Origin: Burkholderiaceae bacterium
Lineage (GTDB): Bacteria; Pseudomonadota; Gammaproteobacteria; Burkholderiales; Burkholderiaceae_C
Length of the DNA: 40,603 nt
Reading direction: 5' to 3'
Assembly (NCBI GenBank): GCA_040383055.1
Contig: JBEIEH010000001.1
Span: 1-40,603 of the forward strand
Part shown: in pieces, positions 18,901 through 26,921 of the stretch
Layout: each line of letters starts with the position of its first letter
Position numbering within the stretch: the first letter of the stretch is position 1
The notes under the pieces: generated by a model
Told to the model about the DNA's origin: nothing
What the model saw: the letters and a program-made list of their open reading frames with translations, nothing else
Database searches by the model: none
Made by a program: the position numbers and the translations under genes

Positions 18901-19669
18901 TTCGCACTCCCAGCAGTTGCCGGACAACATCAAAGCCCTGCAACCAGAGCCACTCCATTCGGCCCACCATGGCACCGACGGCCAACCACATAAGCAAGAA
19001 TCCGGCCAACAGCATGGCCGGAAAGCCGACAGCAAAAATATTGAGGCTTGGCGCCGCGCGACTGACCACGCCCAAACCGACGTTGATGAACAGCAGTGCC
19101 ACCATCACGGGCAGCGCCACCAGCACCGCCCCCAAGAACATCATCGAACTCCATCGAACGATCAGGCCATAGCTGTCTTGGCTCAGGATGGAGGTACCGA
19201 CCGGCAAGGTGTGAAAACTCTCCAGAATCAAGCCCAGCAAAATGGCGTGGCCTCCGGCGCTGACAAACACCAGGCTGGCCAACACAATCAGAAACTGCGA
19301 GATGACCGGCACATTGCCCATGTTGGCGTCGATCATGTTGGCCATGGACAAACCAACCGACGCCGCCAAGGTCTGCCCCCCCACCACCAAGGTGGCCACC
19401 ACAATTTGCAAAATCAAACCGGCCATCAAACCGATGGCCAGCTGGTTGAAAATTTCCAGCAAGCCCTGGGCCGATGTCGGATCGATGACAGGCCACTGGT
19501 GCAAGGGATACACCAGCCACGCCAGCACCAACGCCGTCAAAATCCGCAACCGCAGGTTAAAGGCCGGCAAGGAGAAAATCGGCGCGGCGATCATCAAGGC
19601 CGAAATGCGCAGCATGGGCCAGAGAAAGGTATAAAACCTCTCCACAACGTCGGCGGCCAGCAATTGCAT
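18893..19669 (-). CDS. fliR: Flagellar export apparatus protein FliR
   Basis: RISALMIAAPIF, GLSMANMID, RAAPSLNIFAVGFP. Confidence 0.95.
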   Translation of the reverse strand: MQLLAADVVERFYTFLWPMLRISALMIAAPIFSLPAFNLRLRILTALVLAWLVYPLHQWPVIDPTSAQGLLEIFNQLAIGLMAGLILQIVVATLVVGGQTLAASVGLSMANMIDANMGNVPVISQFLIVLASLVFVSAGGHAILLGLILESFHTLPVGTSILSQDSYGLIVRWSSMMFLGAVLVALPVMVALLFINVGLGVVSRAAPSLNIFAVGFPAMLLAGFLLMWLAVGAMVGRMEWLWLQGFDVVRQLLGVRNV

Positions 19670-19686
19670 ACAACGGCCCTATAACG

Positions 19687-19959
19687 TCAGTTAAAGAGCG
19701 CCGGTATGCGCTGAAAAATCGCCCGCGTGAAATCCACCAAAGTGACGATTTGCCAGCTGCCGAACAGCGCCAAGGCACCTGCCAAGGCCAGAATTTTCGG
19801 GATAAAGCTCAACGTCATTTCGTTGATGGACGTGGCCGCTTGAAAAATGCCAACAAACAAACCCACCGCCAAGGCGATACCCAGCAGCGGAGCCGACACC
19901 AAAATCGTCACCCACAAGGCCTGGCGGGCCAAATCAATCACCATCGCGGTGTCCATCAT
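19687..19959 (-). CDS. fliQ: Flagellar export apparatus protein FliQ
   Basis: GIFQAATSINEMTLSFIPK; 90 aa. Confidence 0.96.
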   Translation of the reverse strand: MMDTAMVIDLARQALWVTILVSAPLLGIALAVGLFVGIFQAATSINEMTLSFIPKILALAGALALFGSWQIVTLVDFTRAIFQRIPALFN

Positions 19960-19971
19960 GGCCGCTCTCCT

Positions 19972-20742
19972 CTAAGGCATCACAAAACTGGACGCCAGCG
20001 AGCCCATGATCAGGCTCCACCCGTCGACCAGCACAAACAGCATCAGCTTGAAAGGCATCGAAATCATCATGGGCGACAACATCATCATGCCCATGGCCAT
20101 CAGCACACTGGCCACGATCAGATCGATCACCACGAAGGGGATGTAGATCAAAAAACCAATGGTGAAAGCGCTTTTGAGCTCAGACGTCAAAAAAGCCGGC
20201 ACCAGGGTAGTGAATGGCACTTGGTCGGCGCTGGCCACCGGCGCATTGCGGGCGATCTCCATGAACATGGCGATATCGCTCTCCCGGGTTTGGGCCAGCA
20301 TGAACCCACGAATGGGCTTTTCCGCTGCCGCCAGCGCCTGCTCAAAACCCATGGTGTTGTTCATAAAAGGCACCAGGGCGGACTGGTACACCTCGCTGAG
20401 CACGGGCGACATCACAAACAGCGACAAAAACAGCGCCAGCCCCACCAACACCATGTTGGGCGGCGTTTGGCCGGTCCCCAAGGCTTGACGCAATATCGAC
20501 AAAACAATGACGATACGGACAAATGAAGTCATCATGAGCAACAATGACGGCAGAAGCGTCAGTGTGGTCATCAACGCCAGAAGTTGCAGCGTCAAGCTGT
20601 ACTGCTGGCCGCCGCCGGTATTGGTGACCCGCACGGCGGGCAAATCGGCGGCCCAACCCCAGCTGGGCAGACACAACAACGCCACCCACACCAAGACTGG
20701 CACCAGAGAACGCCAGCGGGATATCGTGGATGAGCCGGTCAT
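19972..20742 (-). CDS. fliP: Flagellar export apparatus protein FliP
   Basis: MTSFVRIVIVLSILRQALGTGQTPPN, PAFLTSEL, MGMMMLSP, PFKLMLFVLVDGW. Confidence 0.97.
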   Translation of the reverse strand: MTGSSTISRWRSLVPVLVWVALLCLPSWGWAADLPAVRVTNTGGGQQYSLTLQLLALMTTLTLLPSLLLMMTSFVRIVIVLSILRQALGTGQTPPNMVLVGLALFLSLFVMSPVLSEVYQSALVPFMNNTMGFEQALAAAEKPIRGFMLAQTRESDIAMFMEIARNAPVASADQVPFTTLVPAFLTSELKSAFTIGFLIYIPFVVIDLIVASVLMAMGMMMLSPMMISMPFKLMLFVLVDGWSLIMGSLASSFVMP

Positions 20743-21044
20743 AGCAACACCTCGGGCTCAGGAGTCGAGTCGGGGGATCTGGCCTGCACCGGGACCAAGG
20801 CGTGAATCTGACCTGCGGTCACACCAATGAGCAGCTCTTGGTCGTTGACCCGTACCAAGGCCAGCTTTTGGCGTGGCCCCAGGCTCAAGGTCTCAAGGAC
20901 CTGCAAGCGCTGCTGTTTGCGCTGCATCAGCGCGCCACTCTGCAAACGCTTGAGCGTCCACAGCAGGCCCAACAGCAGGGCGATGACCAAAACAAAGCTG
21001 AGCAAATACTGCAGCAAATCGGCCCAACCAACTTGGGGTGGCAT
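20739..21044 (-). CDS. fliO: Flagellar biosynthesis protein FliO
   Basis: N-terminal TM, then LSLGPRQKLALVRV..LLIGVT; between fliN and fliP. Confidence 0.9.
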   Translation of the reverse strand: MPPQVGWADLLQYLLSFVLVIALLLGLLWTLKRLQSGALMQRKQQRLQVLETLSLGPRQKLALVRVNDQELLIGVTAGQIHALVPVQARSPDSTPEPEVLL

Positions 21045-21071
21045 GTGGGTTTCTCCCTGTGCTGGCGCGGT

Positions 21072-21386
21072 TCAGAGCTTGTCCAGCCGGTCGCTGGCCG
21101 GCACCACGCGGGTCAGGCGAATGCCGTAGCGCTCGTTAACCAACACCACCTCGCCCTGGGCGACCACGGTGTTGTTGACCAGCAAATCCAGCGGTTCGCC
21201 GGCGATGCGGTCGAGTTCGACCACGCTGCCTTGGGTCAAGCGCATCAGGTCGCGGATTTTGATGACCGCTCTGCCCACCTCGATCGAGAGGGTCACCGGG
21301 ATGTTCTGCAACACGTCGGGATGAATTTGCCCTGAGGCGTCGCTGGTTTCGCTGGCGACGGTGTCGCCTGTGCTGATGTCGCTCAT
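21072..21386 (-). CDS. fliN: Flagellar motor switch protein FliN
   Basis: IPVTLSIEVG, GSVVELDRIAGEPLDLLVN, GEVVLVNERYGIR; GGAG before ATG 21386. Confidence 0.95.
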   Translation of the reverse strand: MSDISTGDTVASETSDASGQIHPDVLQNIPVTLSIEVGRAVIKIRDLMRLTQGSVVELDRIAGEPLDLLVNNTVVAQGEVVLVNERYGIRLTRVVPASDRLDKL

Positions 21387-21403
21387 ATCGGCTCCGAATG
21401 GGT

Positions 21404-22393
21404 TCAATGGGGATGGGGTGCCACCGGATTGACCAGCAACACCGCGGCCTGGTTGTTCTGACTGCCCACCTCGACTTCAAAAATCGGCAGATCGCCCGAC
21501 ACCAGCCGGGCGTGGTCGGTCTTGCGGAAATACAAGATGTCGCCAGGCGACATAGTCTGGAGTTGGGCCATGGTGCTTTGCAGCTTGCCCAACACCACCT
21601 GCAACTCAACCGAAGCGTCTTGCACCGCCTCCGACAGCTCATCTCGCCAGACCTTGTCGGACTCTTCGTTGCCGTCCCCGGACTGCACGCGACTGCGCAG
21701 CAAATCTCGAATCGGTTTGAGCGACATGTAAGGAATCACCATGTCGACAAAGCCCACCGATTGGGAAGTGGCTTCGGTTTCGAAGCGCGACAGGATCACC
21801 AAATCGTTCTCATCGGCGATTTGGGCAAATTGTGGATTGATTTCTGAACTGATGTGTTCAAAATCGATCGGGGCAAGTGGGGCCCAGGCCTCTTTGAATG
21901 ACCGGAACAGCACCTGCAAAATGATTTTGATGATGCGGTTTTCGGTCAGGGTGAACATGCGGCTGGGTGGCAATTGCCCCACGCCACGCCCAAACCCACC
22001 AAAAAAGCTGTCCAGCGAGCTGAAGATCATGGTGGGCTCAATCACCACCATGGAATAGCCGCGCAATGGGGCCATGCGGACCACATTCACGGACAACGGT
22101 GCACGCAATTCCTTGAGGTAATCGCCAAAACGGACGATTTGGGCGCGCGTCGGGTTGATGCGGGGACTGGTGCGCAGCACCTCCAGCATGCCCAGGCGGA
22201 ACAATCGAATGAAACGCTCGTTGATCATGTCGATCGACGCAACGTTCACACCCAAACTGCTGTCCTCGGCCACCAGGTCGTGCTTGCGGAACTTGGCCTC
22301 GACGTTGTAGCCGGTGTCCACCTCCACAGCGCCCGTCACCACGCCATCGACCAGCGCGGCCAGTTCTTCGGCGGTTAATAGACTGTCAGACAT
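21404..22393 (-). CDS. fliM: Flagellar motor switch protein FliM
   Basis: INERFIR, FFGG, EINPQFAQI, PYMSLKPIR, C-terminal SPOA domain. Confidence 0.93.
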   Translation of the reverse strand: MSDSLLTAEELAALVDGVVTGAVEVDTGYNVEAKFRKHDLVAEDSSLGVNVASIDMINERFIRLFRLGMLEVLRTSPRINPTRAQIVRFGDYLKELRAPLSVNVVRMAPLRGYSMVVIEPTMIFSSLDSFFGGFGRGVGQLPPSRMFTLTENRIIKIILQVLFRSFKEAWAPLAPIDFEHISSEINPQFAQIADENDLVILSRFETEATSQSVGFVDMVIPYMSLKPIRDLLRSRVQSGDGNEESDKVWRDELSEAVQDASVELQVVLGKLQSTMAQLQTMSPGDILYFRKTDHARLVSGDLPIFEVEVGSQNNQAAVLLVNPVAPHPH

Positions 22394-22430
22394 GGTGGCA
22401 AGCCTTGTAGAAACACCTCATCGGGACCGA

Positions 22431-23033
22431 TCACTGCACCACAAAAGAAGTGAAATACACCTCTTCAATGCCACCGAAGTATTCTAAATTCATCAATTTC
22501 TCGTTCACCGCCTCACGGATACGCTCGGCCAATACGGTGCGGAAATCGGGTTTGTCCAATTCAGATTCCACCACTTGGCGCATCACGTCCAGCACCACCG
22601 ATCGAATGGCAAACTCGTGTTTCTCCACGTTTTTGATCACCCGCTCGTCGTAACGCGTCATGAATGCAATCTTGATTTGCATGACCTTTTTGGAGCCGGT
22701 GAGGTTGGCTACCATATCGCGTTCGATTTCCTTGTAGGAGTACTCGAACTTCACCACATCTGGCGCCTGTTTGGTGACCAGTTGCGGCTCAATCGGCTTG
22801 CCATCAGGCCCCAGCGGATTGCCTTTTTCATCGGTCTTGGGCTTGGCTTCGGCTTCCAGATGCTCCAGCTTGGCTTGGGCGGCGGCTTCCGGCTTGGGCT
22901 CAAAGAAGCCACTCACAAACAAGGTGCCCACAGCGGTGCCCACCAGCAGCAGCAACACCACCACCACCAGCAAAATGATCTTGAGGATCGGTTTGCCTTT
23001 TTTGACCTCTTCTTCGACGACTTCGTCAGCCAT
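22431..23033 (-). CDS. fliL: Flagellar basal body-associated protein FliL
   Basis: N-terminal TM, VANL, C-terminal IEEVYFTSFVVQ. Confidence 0.93.
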   Translation of the reverse strand: MADEVVEEEVKKGKPILKIILLVVVVLLLLVGTAVGTLFVSGFFEPKPEAAAQAKLEHLEAEAKPKTDEKGNPLGPDGKPIEPQLVTKQAPDVVKFEYSYKEIERDMVANLTGSKKVMQIKIAFMTRYDERVIKNVEKHEFAIRSVVLDVMRQVVESELDKPDFRTVLAERIREAVNEKLMNLEYFGGIEEVYFTSFVVQ

Positions 23034-23054
23034 GTTTTCCTCCGGTTGATCCGG

Positions 23055-24593
23055 TTACACCATCACATCGAGGCCATCGCTCCCTTGGCGGCTGGTGCGG
23101 CTGGGTGCCGCATTCACCGCTGTGGTGGCAGTCGACTCTCCCGCTTGCTGACCCGGTGTGGGACGTGGCCGCTGAGGTGTCGAATTACCGCCATGTTTGG
23201 AGGTTTGACCGTTTCCAACATGCATGGAAGCAACATCCATGCCCATTGAAGACATCACCTCACGCAGCTTGGGCAAACCGTCTTGCAACAACTCTCGGGT
23301 GAAGGCGTGCGTGGCACGGAAAGCGGCGTCGAGCTCCCCGGCGCGCATGCGCAAATCCACCTCAATTTCGCCCAGCTGCTGGGGTTTGAGCATGAAACGG
23401 ACATTCCAATGGCCGCGCTCGATCATCGACACCATGCGCTGGCCCAAAGCCTGCCCCACGCGGTTGGCCAAGGCTTGTAAGTTTTCTGCCCGCTCGGCGG
23501 CGGTGGAGGCTTGTGCCGCCTGGTGCACAGCTTCTGACCGGGCCGCCGTGATTGGGGCCGACGCGCTCTGGCCGGCAGCGGCGCTGGCCGGGCCGTTGTG
23601 CGCCGGTGGCGCCACCTCCGCCGGTGGCTCGATGGAGCCGTCGTCCAGCCACGCGCTCGGGTCGGCCTGCAGTTCGGGGTCGAGCTCCAACTCTTCCACC
23701 ACGGTGGCGTTTTTGCGCTCGGCGGTGGCGGCGGTCGCGGCTTTTTGCAGCGCGGCCACCAAACCATCGCGCAGCGGCATGGAGGCCTGGGGCAAGCCTT
23801 GGATCGGATCGGTGCTGACCGACGCCGCCTCGGGCGACAGCCCGCGCCCCGCGGTGGCGGCCTTGGGGTCGGTGCGCCACAGGCCCAGGGCCATCCAGGT
23901 GGCTTGCAGCGCATCGCTCGCTTCGCCGTCGGCATCGCCACCGGCTTCGGTGACCTCCCCATCGGCCGGCGCTTGAGCTGCGTCGGCGGGTACAAGGACC
24001 GCTGGGGGCGCGATTGGCGCAACGGCCATCAAGGTGGGCACCCCCGTGCTGGGCGTCTGACCGCGACCCTCACCGAATTCAGCGCGCCGCATCAACATGG
24101 CCACCGCCGACATCGGCGCTTGTGCGGTCTGCATTGGCGTTGCCAGCCGAATGCTGGTCAAGCCAGCGCCATCGACCCCCACCACAGGTGCTGAAGCACC
24201 GTCGGGACCCAATGGGGTGCCCGTGAACAAGGCGCCAGCGGCGGCCTGCGCATCCCCCGCGCCCACTGGCACACCTGCACCAGAGGCTGCAGGCGTTTGA
24301 AACAGCCAACGCACCGCCGCCTCATCGATGCCCTGCGCTTTGGCAAAGTCGGCCAGCGATTGGTGATCCATAGAAACATTAGAGGGCGTCAACACCTGCA
24401 AACCAGGGCTCAAAGCGGTGGCTTGCAGACCGGGTACCCCATCGGCAAAGGTTTGCCCCTGCAGACGGTCAAGCGCCTCCCCCAGTTGAGCGGCAAAAGC
24501 CACCCCCGAACCCGGAGCGGTCAACGGCTGGCCTGGCAGCGTCGGGGCATCGGTCCCCGCAACGCTGGCCACATCGTTCATCAATATGTCCAT
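23055..24593 (-). CDS. fliK: Flagellar hook-length control protein FliK
   Basis: AGAGGA RBS, ATG 24593; long Ala/Pro-rich region and C-terminal LKPQQLGEIEV..TRELLQDGLPKLRE domain; first gene of fli operon. Confidence 0.88.
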   Translation of the reverse strand: MDILMNDVASVAGTDAPTLPGQPLTAPGSGVAFAAQLGEALDRLQGQTFADGVPGLQATALSPGLQVLTPSNVSMDHQSLADFAKAQGIDEAAVRWLFQTPAASGAGVPVGAGDAQAAAGALFTGTPLGPDGASAPVVGVDGAGLTSIRLATPMQTAQAPMSAVAMLMRRAEFGEGRGQTPSTGVPTLMAVAPIAPPAVLVPADAAQAPADGEVTEAGGDADGEASDALQATWMALGLWRTDPKAATAGRGLSPEAASVSTDPIQGLPQASMPLRDGLVAALQKAATAATAERKNATVVEELELDPELQADPSAWLDDGSIEPPAEVAPPAHNGPASAAAGQSASAPITAARSEAVHQAAQASTAAERAENLQALANRVGQALGQRMVSMIERGHWNVRFMLKPQQLGEIEVDLRMRAGELDAAFRATHAFTRELLQDGLPKLREVMSSMGMDVASMHVGNGQTSKHGGNSTPQRPRPTPGQQAGESTATTAVNAAPSRTSRQGSDGLDVMV

Positions 24594-24663
24594 CGCAATG
24601 TCCTCTGAATAGGGCCTCAGCGCAGGCAAACCCTTGCCGCTCTGTCGCCACGAACAGGACATA

Positions 24664-24679
24664 CGCAAAAACAAGGCCA
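24664..24679 (-). promoter_or_regulatory. sigma54 -24/-12 promoter for fliK operon
   Basis: Minus strand TGGCCTTGTTTTTGCG (GG-N10-GC), 70 bp upstream of the fliK start. Confidence 0.7.
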
Positions 24680-24736
24680 AGGGGCACGTTCACCCCAACA
24701 GCTGCAACCGCTCGGCAGATGCGCAGCCGTTGCTGA

Positions 24737-24752
24737 TGGCATAGCCCTTGCA
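24737..24752 (+). promoter_or_regulatory. sigma54 -24/-12 promoter for flhA operon
   Basis: TGGCATAGCCCTTGCA, near-consensus TGGCAC-N5-TTGCW, 51 bp upstream of flhA. Confidence 0.8.
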
Positions 24753-24803
24753 TGCAAGCCGACAACAAGACGCCTAGCCCCCAAAAAGCAATACCAAACT
24801 CTT

Positions 24804-26909
24804 ATGAGCACCCTGTCTCTGTCAACGCTCCGACATCGCCTGGCCGGCTACGACAAGTCCGGCCTGATGATTCCGGCCGTGGTGCTGCTCATCATGGCGA
24901 TGCTGGTGCTGCCGCTGCCGCCACTGCTGCTGGATCTGCTGTTCACCTTCAACATCCTCACGGGTTTGGTGGTGATCATGATCGCCATCAACACCCGCAA
25001 GCCGCTGGACTTTTCCTCGTTCCCCGCGGTGCTGCTGATGGCCACCATGCTGCGGCTGGCGCTCAACGTGGCGTCCACCCGGGTGATCTTGGTGCACGGG
25101 CACGAGGGCACCGACGCCGCCGGCCATGTGATCGAGGCGTTTGGTGAATTTGTGATCGGCGGCAATTACTTGGTCGGCTTCATCATCTTCGTGATCTTGA
25201 TGATCGTGAACTTCTTTGTGGTGACCAAAGGCGCGGGCCGGGTGTCGGAAGTGAACGCGCGTTTCACCTTGGACGCCATGCCCGGCAAACAAATGGCGAT
25301 CGACGCCGACCTGAGCGCTGGCCTGATCGACCAAGAGACCGCCAAAAAACGCCGCGCCGAACTGACCCAGGAATCCGACTTCTTCGGCTCCATGGACGGT
25401 GCGTCCAAATTTGTCAGCGGCGACGCCTTGGCGGGCCTGCTGATTCTGTTGATCAACTTGGTCGGCGGCTTGGTGATTGGCATGGGCCAACACGGCCTGT
25501 CGCTGTCAGACACCAGCCGCATCTATATCTTGCTGACCATCGGCGACGGCCTGGTGGCCCAGATTCCGGCCCTGTTCCTGTCGCTGGCCACCGCCATCAT
25601 CGTGACCCGGGTGACGACCGAAGAGTCGATGACCGAACAGGCCAAATCGCAACTGGCCAACCCATCGGCCCTGTTCATTGCCGCTGGCATTTTGGGCATC
25701 TTGGGCGTGGTGCCCGGCATGCCCCACCTGATGTTTTTGCTGCTGGCCAGCGCCACCGCTGGCCTGGGGCTGATGGTGCTCAAAGGCGAAGTGCAGGGGC
25801 AAACCGCCCAAGAAGTGGCGGCCACCGCCGCTACCGAAGCACCCAAAGAGCTGGACTGGGACGATGTGGAGTCGGTGGACCTGATCGGCCTAGAAATTGG
25901 CTACGGCCTGATCCCACTGGTCAACCCCGACACCGGCGGCCAACTCATGACCCGGGTCAAAGGGGTGCGCAAGAAGCTCTCGGCCGAACTGGGCTTTCTG
26001 GTGCAACCGGTGCGCATTCGTGATGTGCTGAGCCTGCCGCCCGACAGCTACAACATTGTGCTCAACGGCGTGGTGCGCGCCCGGGGCGAAGCCAAAGCCG
26101 GCCGCGAACTGGCCATCAATCCCGGAAAAGTCTACGGCAGCCTAGAAGGCACCCCCACCCGCGAACCCGCCTTTGGCCTGGAGGCGGTGTGGATCGAACC
26201 TTCGCAACGCGATCTGGCCCGCTCGCTGGGCTACACCGTGGTCGACGCCGCCACCGCCGTGGCCACCCACCTCAACAAAGTGCTGCGCGACAGCGCCGCC
26301 GAGCTGCTGAGCCACGACGAAACCCAGAAGCTGCTCGACAAACTGTCGGCCAAATCGCCCAAGCTGGTCGAAGAACTGGTGCCAGCCAAGATCAGCGTCG
26401 GCAACATGACACGTGTGCTGCAAAACCTGCTGGCCGAATCGGTGCCGATCCGCGACATGCGCTCGGTGGCCGAGGCGCTCACCGAAGCCGCCGCCCGCAC
26501 CCAGGACGTGGAGCAACTCACCGCACTGGTGCGGCCCAAGCTGGGCCGCATGATGATCCAGAACCTGCTGGAAAACCGCGACACCCTGTCGGTAATGACA
26601 CTGTCGCCCAACCTGGAACAACTCTTGCATAGCGTGTTCATGCAAAGCAACGGCAACATGGCACCTGTGATCGAACCCCAACTCGCTGAAAGCCTGTTCA
26701 GCGCCATGCGGCGCACCGCACGGCAAATGGAAGAAAGCGGCCTGCCCGCCGTGCTGGTGGTCTCGCCCAACATCCGCGCCTGGCTCTCGCGCATGATCCG
26801 CCCGCGCATTGCCGATCTGACCACGCTGTCTTACAGCGAAATCCCGGACGACCAAGCGGTCAAGGTCGTGTTCACCGTCGAAGCCGATCCCAACAACCGC
26901 AACAACTGA
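24804..26909 (+). CDS. flhA: Flagellar export gate protein FlhA
   Basis: RLALNVASTR, EVNARFTLDAMPGKQMAIDADL, GSMDGASKFV, TIGDGLVAQIP, EPAFGLEAVWI. Confidence 0.97.
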   Translation: MSTLSLSTLRHRLAGYDKSGLMIPAVVLLIMAMLVLPLPPLLLDLLFTFNILTGLVVIMIAINTRKPLDFSSFPAVLLMATMLRLALNVASTRVILVHGHEGTDAAGHVIEAFGEFVIGGNYLVGFIIFVILMIVNFFVVTKGAGRVSEVNARFTLDAMPGKQMAIDADLSAGLIDQETAKKRRAELTQESDFFGSMDGASKFVSGDALAGLLILLINLVGGLVIGMGQHGLSLSDTSRIYILLTIGDGLVAQIPALFLSLATAIIVTRVTTEESMTEQAKSQLANPSALFIAAGILGILGVVPGMPHLMFLLLASATAGLGLMVLKGEVQGQTAQEVAATAATEAPKELDWDDVESVDLIGLEIGYGLIPLVNPDTGGQLMTRVKGVRKKLSAELGFLVQPVRIRDVLSLPPDSYNIVLNGVVRARGEAKAGRELAINPGKVYGSLEGTPTREPAFGLEAVWIEPSQRDLARSLGYTVVDAATAVATHLNKVLRDSAAELLSHDETQKLLDKLSAKSPKLVEELVPAKISVGNMTRVLQNLLAESVPIRDMRSVAEALTEAAARTQDVEQLTALVRPKLGRMMIQNLLENRDTLSVMTLSPNLEQLLHSVFMQSNGNMAPVIEPQLAESLFSAMRRTARQMEESGLPAVLVVSPNIRAWLSRMIRPRIADLTTLSYSEIPDDQAVKVVFTVEADPNNRNN

Positions 26910-26921
26910 TTGGGTTGAACC

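Noticed and set aside
24620-24690. GGCAAACC..ACGCAAAA resembling a c-di-GMP-I riboswitch
   Set aside because: No GNRA-capped P2 stem or proper P3; wrong strand for fliK and upstream of the flhA promoter.
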